Source of the DNA: Lingula anatina
Lineage: Eukaryota; Animalia; Brachiopoda
Direction: 5' to 3'
Assembly: GCA_051362555.1 (NCBI GenBank)
Contig: CM120640.1
Span: 30,151,967 to 30,215,966, forward strand
Length of the DNA stretch: 64,000 nt
The notes under the pieces were generated by a model that was given only the letters and a program-made list of their open reading frames with translations, did not search any database and was not told where the DNA came from. Numbering within the stretch: position 1 is the first letter of the stretch; every line of letters begins with the position of its first letter. Positions 45,301-58,716 of this stretch are shown here, piece by piece. The position numbers and the translations under genes are program-made.

Positions 45301-48300
45301 TAATGTACAAACATATTCAGTAACAATACAGAATAGACACAGCAGACAGAATATAAAGAGACACATAGAGATACAGTGACAACACCATCATGCACAGTAA
45401 TAGTAATAATTACAAACAAATAGAGTGACAAAACTGACATACACAGTGCACACAATAAATACAAACATCAACAGTAACAACACCAACAAACACAGTAATC
45501 AAAATAAATACAAACAAACACAGTCACAAAACAGAAACACAGTGATTAGAAAAAAATTTCACAAGTACAGTGAAAACAATGACATACACCATAATGAGAA
45601 TGAACACAAGGAAAAAGAGTAAAAAAATTTCAAACGTACAGGGACAACAGTAACATTCACCTTAATGACAAGAACACAAGGTAAAAGAGTGAAAACGAAA
45701 TCGTAAACAGTCATCTCGATATGAACAAACACATTCAGTAACAATACAGAATAGAAACAGCAAACAGCATATAAACAGACACATAGACATATATTGACAA
45801 CACCATCATGCAGAGTAATGGTAATGATTACAAACAAATAGAGTTAAAAAACTGACATACACAGTGCTCACAATAAATACAAACACGAACAGTGACAACA
45901 CAAACATGCACAGTAACCAAAATAATAAAAACAAACACAGTAAAAATACAGACAAACACAGTAATTAGAAACAAATTTCACTTGTACAGTGACAACAGTA
46001 ACATTTACCGTAATGAGAATGAACACAACGAAAAACAGTGAAAACAAAGTTGTACACAGTCATCTCATAATGTACAAACACATTCAGTAACAATACAGAA
46101 TAGACACAGCACACAGAATATAAACAGACACATAAACATAGTGACAACACCATCATGCAGAATAATAGTAATGATTACAAACAAATAGAGTGACAAAACT
46201 GACATACACAGTGCTCATAATAAATACAAACATCAACAGTAACAACACCAACAAACACAGTAATCAAAATAAATGCAAACAAAAAGTCCCAAAACAGACA
46301 TACACAGTGATTAGAAAAAAAATTCACATGTACAGTGACAACAATGACATTCACCATAATAAGAATGAACACAAGGAAAAAGAGTAAAAAAATTTCAAAT
46401 GTACAGGGGCAACAGTAGCATTCACCTTAATGACAATGAACACAACGAAAAACAGTGAAAACGAAGTTGTACACAGTCATCTCATAATGTACAAACACAT
46501 TCAGTAACAATACAGAATAGACACAGCAAAGAGAATATAAACAGACACATAGACATACAGTGACAACACCATCATGCAGAGTAATAGTAATGATTACAAA
46601 CAAATAGAGTAACAAAACTGACATACACAGTGCTCATAATAAATACAAACATCAACAGTAACAACACCAACAAACACAGTAATCAAAGTAAATGCAAACA
46701 AAAATTCACAAAACAGACATACACAGTGATTAGAAAAAAATTTACATGTACAGTGACAACAGTAACATTCACCGTAATAAGAATGAACACAATGAAAAAC
46801 AGTGAAAACGAAGTTGTACACAGTCATCTCATAATGTACAAACACATTCAGTAACAATACAGAATAGACACAGCACACAGAATATAAACAGACACATAAA
46901 CATAGTGACAACACCATCATGCACAATAATAGTAATGATTACAAACAAATAGAGTGACAAAACTGACATACACAGTGCTCATAATAAATACAAACATCAA
47001 CAGTAACAACACCAACAAACACAGTAATCAAAATAAATGCAAACAAAAAGTCACAAAACAGACATACACAGTGATTAGAAAAAAAATTCACATGTACAGT
47101 GACAACAATGACATTCACCATAATAAGAATGAACACAAGGAAAAAGAGTAAAAAAATTTCAAATGTACAGGGGCAACAGACATACACAGTGATTATAAAA
47201 AAAATTCACATGTACAGTGACAACAGTAACATTCACCGTAATAAGAATGAACACAATGAAAAACAGTGAAAAAGAAGTTGTACACAGTCATCTCATAATG
47301 TACAAACACATTCAGTAACAATACAGAATAGACACAGCACACAGAATATAAAGAGACAGAGATACAGTGACAACACCATCATGCAGAGTAATAGTAATGA
47401 TTACAAACAAATAGAGTGACAAAACTGATATACACAGTGCTCAAAATAAATACAAACACGAACAGTGACAACACAAACATGCACAGTAACCAAAATAAAT
47501 AAAAACAAACAGTAAAAATACAGACAAACACAGTAATTAGAAACAAATTTCACCTGTACAGTGACAACAGTAACATTTATCGAAATGAGAATGAACACAA
47601 CGAAAAAGAGTGAAAACGAAGTTGTACACAGTCATCTCATAATGTACAAACACATTCAGTAACAATACAGAATAGACATAGCAGACAGAATATAAAGAGA
47701 CACATAGAGATACAGTGACAACACAATCATACAGAGAAATAGTAATGATTACATAGAAACACAGTCACAATACAGACATGCACAGTGATCAGAATAAATT
47801 TTAACATGTACAGTGACAACATAACCATGCATAGTAACAAGAATTAATAAAAACAAACACAGTAAAAATATAGACAAACACAGTAATTAGAAACAAATTT
47901 CACTTGTACAGTGACAACAGTAACATTTGCTGTAATAAGAATGAACACAACGAAAAACAGTGAAAACGAAGTTGTACACAGTCATCTCATAATGTACAAA
48001 CACATTCAGTAACAATACAGAATAGACACAGCAAAGAGAATGTAAACAGACACATAGACAATACAGTGACAACACCATCATGCAGAGTAATAGTAATGAT
48101 TACAAACAAATAGAGTGACAAAACTGACATACACAGTGCTCACAATAAATACAAACATCAACAGTAACAACAGCAACAAACACAGTAATCAAATTAAATG
48201 CAAACAAAAACAGTTACAAAACAGACATATACAGTGATTATAAAAAAAATTCACATGTACAGTGACAACAGTAACATTCACCGTAATAAGAATGAACACA

Positions 48301-49421
48301 ACGAAAAAGAGTGAAAACGAAGTTGTACACAGTCATCTCATAATGTACAAACACATTCAGTAACAATACAGAATAGACACAGCAAAGAGAATATAAACAG
48401 ACACATAGACATACAATGAAAACACCAACACGCAGAGTATAATAGTAATGATTACAAACAAATAGAGTGACAAAACTGACATAAACAGTGCTCACAATAA
48501 ATACAAACATCAACAGTAACAACACCAACAAACACAGTAATCAAAATAAATACAAAGAAACACAGTCACAATACAGACATGCACAGTGATCAGAATAAAT
48601 TTTAACATGTACAGTGACCACACAACCATGCATAGTAACAAGAATAAATTAAAACAAACAAAGTAAAAATATAGACAAACACAGTAATTAGAAACAAATT
48701 TCACTTGTACAGTGACAACAGTAACATTTGCCGTAATAAGAATGAACACAACGAAAAACAGTGAAAACGAAGTTGTACACAGTCATCTCATAATGTACAA
48801 ACACATTCAGTAACAATACAGAATAGACACAGCAAAGAGAATATAAACAGACACATAGACATACAATGAAAACACCAACACGCAGAGTATAATAGTAATG
48901 ATTACAAACAAATAGAGTGACAAAACTGACATAAACAGTGCTCACAATAAATACAAACATCAACAGTAACAACACCAACAAACACAGTAATCAAAATAAA
49001 TACAAAGAAACACAGTCACAATACATTCATACACAGTGATCAGAATAAATTTTGACATGTACAGTGACAATAGTAAGATTCACCATAATAAGACTGAACA
49101 AAACGAAAAAGAGTGAAAACGAAGTTGTACACAGTCATCTCATAATGTACAAACATATTCAGTAAAAATACAGAATAGACACAGCACACAGAATATAAAG
49201 AGACACATAGAGATACAGTGACAACACCATCATGCAGAGTAATAGTAATGATTACAAACAAATAGAGTGACAAAACTGACATACACAGTGCTCACAATAA
49301 ATACAAACACGAACAGTGACAACACAAACATGCACAGTACCCAAAATAAATAAAAACAAGCACAGTCAAAACACAGACATACACAGTGATTAGAAAAAAT
49401 ATCAAATGTACAGTGACAACA
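33300..49421. repeat. Heterogeneous satellite domain: mosaic of monomer subfamilies with local duplications (419 bp, 450 bp)
   Basis: No constant long period. A new monomer type (AAGGAAAAAGAGTAAAAAAATTTCAAAC...CATCTCGATATGAAC) appears from ~33,650. Local offsets are 39538/39957 and 48238/48688. Confidence 0.85.
41069..41222. other. Short non-satellite filler/insertion in the array
   Basis: TAGTGTTCGGAATTTTGCCGGTAGCGGCTG...GTTAAAATTACGT has no ACAGT periodicity. It is preceded by a duplicated ACACAGATAAA (41,069 and 41,100), and the satellite resumes at AAACAAATAGAGTGAC. Confidence 0.85.
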
Positions 49422-49775
49422 TGTAGGGGTCTATGTTCCACCCTACCCAGGTTTTTCTAATATTTTGCATTTCACTGATGCATGGGAGAGGGAATATAAC
49501 CAGACTCGCATATTCAGTTCCAAGTCTAAAAGTCTTTATTAGGTCCCAACATTCAGCATTTATACACATTATCTACAGGGAATCTATCTGCATGCCACAG
49601 TGGCAGCAACTCATTTAAATACTAATTGCAATGCAATAGATAACAAGTGAGAGCTTCTACTTTTAAGTTATTTCATTCAAGACTGAAGCAAGGTGAATGA
49701 TAATATGCTGACTGACCGTATAAACATAATATGTAAATGAGTGATTTCATCACATGCATTTAGTGGACCTTAACA
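49422..49775 (-). mobile_element. Complete 3' LTR (354 bp)
   Basis: The minus strand reads TGTTAAGGTCC...CCCCTACA, with AATAAA on the minus strand at 49,535-49,540. Its first 58 nt match the other end of the element. Confidence 0.8.
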
Positions 49776-49791
49776 TGTTCCTTCTTTTTCC
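49776..49791 (-). promoter_or_regulatory. Polypurine tract (plus-strand primer site)
   Basis: Minus strand GGAAAAAGAAGGAACA lies immediately 5' of the LTR's TG. Confidence 0.75.
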
Positions 49792-49906
49792 ACAAAAAAA
49801 ATTATGGTTACATAATTTTTTGAAATAAAGATTCCACAGAATACTCAAAGATAAAATTTAAACAGCTTAATACTTATACAAAATATCTATCTCATGATTC
49901 AATTAC

Positions 49907-49944
<38 letters not shown>

Positions 49945-50681
49945 TTACTTTTACTAACAATTGTAATAAATTCAGTTCATTGTCTATTCCATTGCTGTAC
50001 AAAGACGTCATTATTCTAATGAAATTTAATTTGAATTTTTATGCTTCCAAAATATTTTGACAGAGATAAATGTCCAGTTATCATACAGATTGTTTAAACA
50101 GCTTTTTTAATGGACTGTACATTTAAAATCTCATCAGTTAAACAATTCAGTATCAGGTATATCATGAAACTGTATTCTTTCTTCCATAATACATATCTTG
50201 GGAATCTCCCTACATGTTGGAAATTTACCATTTTTGAATAAAAAAACCTACTGTCACATATTCTTTATAATTCAATTTAACCTTATCTGTAAACACAATT
50301 TATATTATTATTTTCAAATATGTAAGTCATGAATCATTTGGTGCAATTTTACTTAAAACATTGAAACAAGAATATTAAATACTGAGCCAAGTGTAAAATA
50401 TAGATCTATAAATCCCCCGAACCTACAGTACAGCTCTAACTGATGCACTATCCTTTAACTGAATAAAAAAAAATCATATCTTAATTTGAGAGAACAGTTT
50501 CATTAGCTCTGTATGTATAAATTCAAATTATTTTCTTTTTATCAAGAGCTTGTAAAATATGTGGTATTACCTCCAATATTTCTGTGACTGTCAGTCACCA
50601 TCATCAGGGAGTAAATGACTAGGGTCATTTCACCTGGAATGAAAATCCAGGATATCTTAATTTGCAGTGTGGAAGAAGTGT

Positions 50682-51419
50682 CTATTTTAGTTTCTTTGCC
50701 ATAAACTTTCTCTGCACCTTTTTGTTGTCTCTGAGAAATTCCCATTTTACATCTGTCCATTCTTTTGCATTCTCATAAACATTTTCTGTGTCTGAACCTT
50801 GTTTGTCTTCATTCTCTACAACTTTAAGTACCTCCTCACTTGCACTTTGTTCTTCATTCTCTTCAACTTTAACTTCCTCCTCACCTGCACTTTGTTTCAT
50901 CTCTACTTCAGTAAGTTTGTCTCTGTCTGTATCTTTGAAATTAGAAAAATCCATTTCCATCGGTTCATCATTAAGTCCTTCATCAGCATTCTTTACATAA
51001 TCTGTTACAGCCTTTTCATCTACACCATGTTTCTCCACATACTTTGGGTCATCATCATCATCAAGTCCTTCATCCATATTCTTTACATCATCTGTTAAAG
51101 CCTTTTCAACTACATCAGGTTTCTCATAATACTTTAGTTCACCTATTCTACTCTCTCTTTCAATTAATCTGTTGTCATCATCATCATCATCAGTTTTCAA
51201 TCCTGGCTCTTGTTCTTGTTCTTACTCGACATACCCTTCACATTTCTGCACTTTCATGAAATCGGTTCCCTTTTCTACCTCTTGTTCCTTTATAATCATA
51301 ATGTCCTTGCCGAGTTCATTTCCATCATTTTCCTCACCTGAATCACGTTCCTTTACAAACTTCATCTGATTCATACATTCATCCTCATTAGCCGTAGTCA
51401 GTGTCTCCTGTATAAACAT
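50682..51419 (-). pseudogene. Disrupted acidic (D/E/K-rich) reading frame inside the LTR element
   Basis: ORFs 51222..51419 and 50682..51200 are in the same frame, separated by one TAA (246 codons in total). Internal peptide repeats: EKALTDDVKNMDEGLDD / EKAVTDYVKNADEGLND and QSAGEEEVKVEENE / QSASEEVLKVVENE. No recognisable domain. Confidence 0.6.
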
Positions 51420-51467
51420 AATATGTAAATGAGTGATTTCATCACATGCATTTAGTGGAACTTAACA
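51410..51467 (-). mobile_element. 58-bp remnant of the 5' LTR
   Basis: GTATAAACATAATATGTAAATGAGTGATTTCATCACATGCATTTAGTGGAACTTAACA matches 49,718-49,775 at 57 of 58 positions. Confidence 0.85.
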
Positions 51468-54400
51468 AACAGTAACATGCACCACAATGAGAACGAACAC
51501 AACGAAAAAAAGTAAAAAACATAGCTGCACACAGTCATCACAGTATGTACAAACTCATTCAGTAACAATACAGAAAAGACACAGCAGACAGAATATAAAG
51601 AGACACATAGAGATACAGTGACAACACCATCATGCAGAGTAATAGTAATGATTACAAACAAATAGTGACAAAACTGACATACACAGTGCTCACAATAAAT
51701 ACAAATATCAACAGTAACAACACCAACATGCACAGTAACCAAAATAAATAAAAACAAACACAGTAAAAATACAGACAAACACAGTAATTAGAAAAAATTT
51801 GACGTGTACAGTGACAACAGTAACGTTAACCATAATGGGAATGAACACAAGGAAAAAGAGTGAAAACAAAGTTATACACAGTCATCACAATATATATAAA
51901 CACATTCAGTAACAATACAGAATAGACAAAGCAAACAGCATATAAACAGACACATAGACAAAGTGACAACAGCATCACGCAGAGTAATGGTAATGATTAC
52001 AAACAAATAGAGTAAAAAAAAAACTGACATACACAGTGCTCACAATAAATAGAAACATCAACATGAAAAAACTGACATAAACAGTGGTCAAAATAAATAT
52101 TAACATGTACAGTGACAATAATAACATGCACAATAATCAAAATGAATACAAACAAACAGTCACAATACAGACATACACAGTGATCAGAATAAATTTTAAC
52201 ATGTACAGTGACCATACAACCATGCATGGTAACAAGAATAAACACAAATAATCGGGTGATTACACAGTCATACACAGTGATCACAATATATATACAAACA
52301 CATTCAATGACAATACAGAATGGAAACAGTTATCAGAGTATAAACAGACACATAAACTATAATGACAGTGACATCACCAACATGCACGGTTAAAATAATG
52401 ACTAAAAATAAATAAACAGACAAAAATGACATCCACATTGCTGACAATAGATATAAACACAAACAGTGCCAATGCTAAAATGCAAAGTGTTCAAAATGAC
52501 TACAAACAAATAGAGTGACAAAACTGACATACACAGTGCTCACAATAAATACAAACACGAACAGTGACAAAACAAACATGCACAGTAATCAAAATAAATA
52601 AAAACAAGCACAGTCAAAACACAGACATACACAGTGATTAGAAAAAATATCAAATGTACAGTGACAACAGTAACGTGCAACATAATGAGAACGAACACAA
52701 CAAATAAATGTAAAAAACATAGCTGCACACAGTCATCACAGTATGTACAAACTCATTCAGTAACAATACAGAATAGACACAGCAAACTGAATATAAACAG
52801 ACACAGAGATACAGTGACAACACCATCATGCAGAGTAATAGTAATGATTGCAAACAAATAGAGTGACAAAACTGACATACACAGTGCTCACAATAAATAC
52901 AAACACGAACAGTGACAACACAAACATGCACAGTAACCAAAATAAATACAAACAAATGCAGTCACAAAACAGACATACACAGTGATTAGAAAAAATTTCA
53001 CATGTACAGTGACAACAGTAACATTTACCGTAATAAGAATGAACACAACGAAAAACAGTGAAAACAAAGTTGTACACAGTCATCTCATAATGTACAAACA
53101 CATTCAGTAACAATACAGAATAGACACAGCAGACAGAATATAAAGAGACACATAGAGATACAGTGACAACACAATCATACAGAGAAATAGTAATGATTAC
53201 ATAGAAACACAGTCACAATACAGACATGCACAGTGATCAGAATAAATTTTAACATGTACAGTGACAAAAGTAAGATTCACCATAATAAGACTGAACAAAA
53301 CAAAAAAGAGTGAAAACGAAGTTGTACACAGTCATCTCATAATGTACAAACATATTCAGTAACAATACAGAATAGACACAGCAGACAGAATATAAAGAGA
53401 CACATAGAGATACAGTGACAACACCATCATGCAGAGTAATAGTAATGATTACAAACAAATAGAGTGACAAAACTGACATACACAGTGCTCACAATAAATA
53501 CAAACATCAACAGTAACAACACCAACAAACACAGTAATCAAAATAAATAAAAAGAAACACAGTCACAATAATCATACACAGTGATCAGAATAAATTTTGA
53601 CATGTACAGTGACAAAAGTAAGATTCACCATATTAAGACTGAACAAAACAAAAAAGAGTGAAAACGAAGTTGTACACAGTCATCTCATAATGTACAAACA
53701 TATTCAGTAACAATACAGAATAGACACAGCAGACAGAATATAAAGAGACACATAGAGATACAGTGACAACACCATCATGCAGAGTAATAGTAATGATTAC
53801 AAACAAATAGAGTGACAAAACTGACATACACAGTGCTCACAATAAATACAAACACGAACAGTGACAACACAAACATGCATAGTAATCAAAATGAATAAAA
53901 ACAAGCACAGTCAAAACACAGACATACACAGTGATTAGAAAAAAATATCAAATGTACAGTGACAACAGTAACATTTACCGTACTAAGAATGAACATGACA
54001 AAAAAGAGTGAAAACAAAGTTGTACACAGTCATCTCATAATGTACAAACACATTCAGTAACAATACAGAATAGAAACAGCAAACAGCATATAAACAGACA
54101 CATAAACATAGTGACAACACCATCACGCACAGTAATAGTAATGATTACAAACAAATAGAGTGACAAAACTGACATACACAGTGCTCACAATAAATACAAA
54201 CATCAACAGTAACAACACCAACAAACACAGTAATCAAAATAAATACAAACAAACACAGTCACAAAACAGGAACACAGTGATTAGAAAAAAATTTCACAAG
54301 TACAGTGAAAACAATGACATTAACCATAATGCGAATGAACACAAGGAAAAAGAGTAAAAAAATTTCAAACGTACAGGGACAACAGTAACATTCACCTTAA

Positions 54401-57400
54401 TGACAAGAACACAAGGTAAAAGAGTGAAAACGAAATCGTAAACAGTCATCTCGATATGAACAAACACATTCAGTAACAATACAGAATAGAAACAGCAAAC
54501 AGCAAATAAACAGACACATAGACATATATTGACAACACCATCATGCAGAGTAATGGTAATGATTACAAACAAATAGAGTTAAAAAACTGACATACACAGT
54601 GCTCACAATAAATACAAACACGAACAGTGACAACACAAACATGCACAGTAACCAAAATAATAAAAACAAACACAGTAAAAATACAGACAAACACAGTAAT
54701 TAGAAACAAATTTCACTTGTACAGTGACAACAGTAACATTTACTGTAATGAGAATGATCACAATGAAAAAAGAGTGAAAACGAAGTTGTACACAGTCATC
54801 TCAAAATGTACAAACATATTCAGTAACAATACATAATAGACACAGGAAACAGAATAAAAACAGACACAAAAACATAGTGACAACACCATCATGCACAATA
54901 ATAGTAATGATTACAAACAAATAGAGTGACAAAACTGACATACACAGTGCTCACAATAAATACAAACATCAACAGTAACAACACCAACAAACACAGTAAT
55001 CAAAAAAAAAAAAAATATACAAACAAACACAGTCACAAAACAGAAACACAGTGATTAGAAAAAAATTTCACATGTACAGTGACAACAATGACATTCACCA
55101 TAATGAGAATAAACACAAGGAAAAAGAGTAAAAAAATTTCAAACGTACAAGGACAACAGTAACATTCACCTTAATGACAATGAACACAACGAAAAACAGT
55201 GAAAACGAAGTTGTACACAGTCATCTCATAATGTACAAACACATTCAGTAACAATACAGAATAGACACAGCAAGGAGAATATAAACAGACACATAGACAT
55301 ACAGTGACAACACCATCATGCAGAGTAATAGTAATGATTACAAACAAATAGAGTAACAAAACTGACATACACAGTGCTCCTAATAAATACAAACATCAAC
55401 AGTAACAACACCAACAAACACAGTAATCAAAATAAATACAAACAAAAAAGTCACAAAACAGACATACACAGTGATTATAAAAAAAATTCACATGTACAAT
55501 GACAACAGTAACATTCACCGTAATAAGAATGAACACAACGAAAAACAGTGAAAACAAAGTTGTACACAGTCATTTCATAATGTACAAACACATTCAGTAA
55601 CAATACAGAATAGACACAGCAGACAGAATATAAAGAGACACAGAGATACACTGACAACACCATCATGCAGAGTAATAGTAATGATTACAAACAAACAGAG
55701 TGACAAAACTAACATACACAGTGCTCAAAATAAATACAAACACGAACAGTGACAACACAAACATGCACAGTAACCAAAATAAATAAAAAGAAACAGTAAA
55801 AATACAGACAAACACAGTAATTAGAAACAAATTTCACATGTATAGTGACAACAGTAACATTTACCGTAATAAGAACGAACACAACGAAAAACAGTGAAAA
55901 CAAAGTTGTACACAGTCATCTCATAATGTACAAACACATTCAGTTACAATACAGAATAGACACAGCAGACAGAATATAAAGAGACACATAGAGATACAGT
56001 GACAACACAATCATACAGAGATATAGTAATGATTACATAGAAACACAGTCACAATACAGACATGCACAGTGATCAGAATAAATTTTAACATGTACAGTGA
56101 CAACACAAACATGCACAGTAACCAAAATAAATAAAAACAAACACAGTAAAAATACAGACAAACACAGTAATTAGAAACAAATTTCACTTGTACAGTGACA
56201 ACAGTAACATTTACCGTAATAAGAATGAACACAACGAAAAAAAGTGAAAACGAAGTTGTACACAGTCATCTCATAATGTACAAACACATTCAGTAACAAT
56301 ACAGAATAGACACAGCAAAGAGAATATAAACAGACACATAGACATATAGTGACAACACCATCATGCAGAGTAATAGTAATGATTACAAACAAATAGAGTG
56401 ACAAAGCTGACATACACAGTGCTCACAATAAATACAAACATCAACAGTAACAACACCAACAAACACAGTAATCAAAATAAATACAAACAAACACAGTCAC
56501 AAAACAGAAACACAGTGATTAGAAAAAAATTTCACAAGTACAGTGAAAACAATGACATTCACCATAATGAGAATGAACACAAGGAAAAAGAGTAAAAACA
56601 TTTCAAACGTACAGGGACAACAGTAACATTCACCTTAATGACAAGAACACAAGGTAAAAGAGTGAAAACGAAATCGTAAACAGTCATCTCGATATGAACA
56701 AACACATTCAGTAACAATACAGAATAGAAACAGCAAACAGCATATAAACAGACACATAGACATATATTGACAACATCATCATGCAGAGTAATGGTAATGA
56801 TTACAAACAAATAGAGTAAAAAAAAAACTGACATACACAGTGCTCACAATAAATACAAACAGTAACAACACCAAACAGTAGCAACATCAACAAACACAGT
56901 AATCATAATAAATAGAAACAAACACAGTCAGAATACAGACATAAATAAACAAATTAGAAAGAAGACAAGGAAAAAGATTGAAAACATAGCAGTGCACAGT
57001 CATCACATTATATACAATCACATTCAGTAACAATACAGAATAAACACAGCAAACAGAATATAACCAGACACATAGACATACAGTGAAAACACCGTCATGC
57101 AGAGTAATAATAATAATAATGAATAAAAACAAATAAGAGTGACAAAACTGACATACGTAGTGATCACAATAAATACAAACACAAACAGTAACAACACCAA
57201 CAAACACAGTAATCAAAATAAATACAATCAAAAACAGTCACAATACAGACGGATGCAGTGATCAGAATAAATTTTGACGTGTACAGTAACAGTAACGTTC
57301 ACCATAATGAGAATGAACACAAGGAAAAAGAGTAAAAAACATAGCTATACACAGTCATCACAATATATACAAACACATTCAGTAACACAAAATATAGACA

Positions 57401-58244
57401 TACAGTGATCAGAATAAATTTTGAAACGTACAGTGTCAACTGTAACGTTCAACGTAATGAGAATACAAGGAAAAAGAGTAAAAAAGAAAAAAAAATAGCC
57501 AGACACAGCAAACAGAATATATATAGACACATAGATAAATAGTGAACAACATCATCATGCAGAGTAATATAGTAATGATTACAAACAAATGGATTGACAA
57601 TACTAACAGACACAGTGCTCATTATAAATGCTAACACGAACATGCACAGTAAAAAATTACAGACATATACAGTGGTCAGAAAAAATTTGGACATGTACAA
57701 TGGCAACAGTAACGTACATTGTAATAAGAAAGAAGACAAGGAAAAAGATTGCACAGTCATTTTAATACATACAAACACATTCAGTAACAATACAGAATAA
57801 ACACAGGAAACAGAATTCAAACAGACACATAGACATATAGTGAACAACATCATCATGTAGAGTAATAGTAATGATTACAAACAAATAGTGACAAAACTGA
57901 ATTACACATTGCTCACAATTAATACAAACAACAATATTAACAACACCAACATGCACAGTAATCAAAATAAATAAAAACAAACACAGTCAAAATACAGACA
58001 TACACAGTGATCAGAAAAAATTTTGACATGTACAGTGACAACAGTAACATACATCGTAATAGGAATGAAGACAAGGAAAAAGAGTGAAAACATATAGCAG
58101 TATACAGTCATCACATTATATACAAACACATTCAGTAACAATACAGAATAGACACAGCAAACATAAGATAAACAGACAGACAGGCATACAGGGACAACAC
58201 CATCATACACAGTAATAGTAATGATTACAAACAAATAGAATGAC
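51468..58244. repeat. Distal diverged satellite, strongly degenerate beyond ~56,830
   Basis: Same motifs with increasing substitutions and indels (for example 57,350-57,800), then an abrupt switch to unique sequence near 58,245. Confidence 0.9.
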
Positions 58245-58716
58245 GATGAGAACACCAGTATAACAATATTATTGTTGCACTGACCTGTGCTGAGGCTACG
58301 ACTTTGTAGAAGGTTTGTTGACTACATTCTGACGATGTGTGGAGAATCACACTCTTTAGTATCAAACCAAGGCCATGGCTTCATGAATTTCCTATTCAAT
58401 GGCTATCTAATCAGAATAATCAACAAGCCTACTCTGCCTCTTTAGACTCTTTACATAACTTATTATAAGGAGATACAGACTACAGTAAAAAGTTATTACG
58501 TGAAGTTACCAAAATTGCCTGTGTCTCGAACAATACACTGTCACGACAGACAGTACACAGGCATCAGAAAGTTTAAATGAAATTTTATTTATATAGCGAT
58601 TTGAAAGTCTGTGAAATATTTTCGCTTAGCACACCCTCAACTCCCACCCATCAGTTCACATTAATCCTTATCACTTTAAACATATATATATAAAACTGGG
58701 TGGGATCTAAGTGACA

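Larger units (their letters stand above)
49422..51467 (-). mobile_element. Internally deleted LTR retrotransposon (probably Ty3/Gypsy-like) inserted into a satellite monomer
   Basis: Ends are TG...CA, flanked by AACA at 49,418-49,421 and 51,468-51,471. Removing the element restores GTACAGTGACAACA|GTAAC. 58-bp direct repeats lie at 49,718-49,775 and 51,410-51,467 (1 mismatch), and a polypurine tract abuts the complete LTR. The superfamily is inferred only from the 4-bp target-site duplication. Confidence 0.85.
1..58244. repeat. A/C-rich satellite DNA array, ~347-bp monomer built from 49-bp (21+28) subunits
   Basis: The anchor GAAGTTGTACACAGTCATCTCATAATGTACAAAC recurs at ~61, 408, 755, 1102, 1429, 2720 and onward, always in the same orientation. 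32 of the first 60 bases are A. The last recognisable monomer end (GATTACAAACAAATAGAATGAC) is at ~58,244. The array runs off the left edge of the window. Confidence 0.98.

Noticed and set aside
49907-49936. Poly(A) run as the tail of a LINE/SINE or processed transcript
   Set aside because: It lies inside the LTR element with no flanking target duplication or recognisable body. The same lack of evidence applies to the A runs at ~61,026 and ~61,708.
49433-51369. Plus-strand ORFs within the insertion (49433, 50788, 50799, 51044, 51172)
   Set aside because: One lies in the LTR. The others are antisense shadows of the acidic minus-strand frame.
1-58244. CRISPR-like repeat/spacer array
   Set aside because: The segments between conserved motifs are themselves repeated and homologous, not unique spacers. 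No cas genes are present and the context is eukaryotic.
191-58255. Scores of 60-140-aa hydrophobic V/L/F/C/Y-rich ORFs on the minus strand and T/N/K-rich ORFs on the plus strand
   Set aside because: They are by-products of the T/G-rich versus A/C-rich strand composition. The 49-bp period is not a multiple of 3, and 1-2-bp indels between copies shift frames freely. No domain is recognisable.
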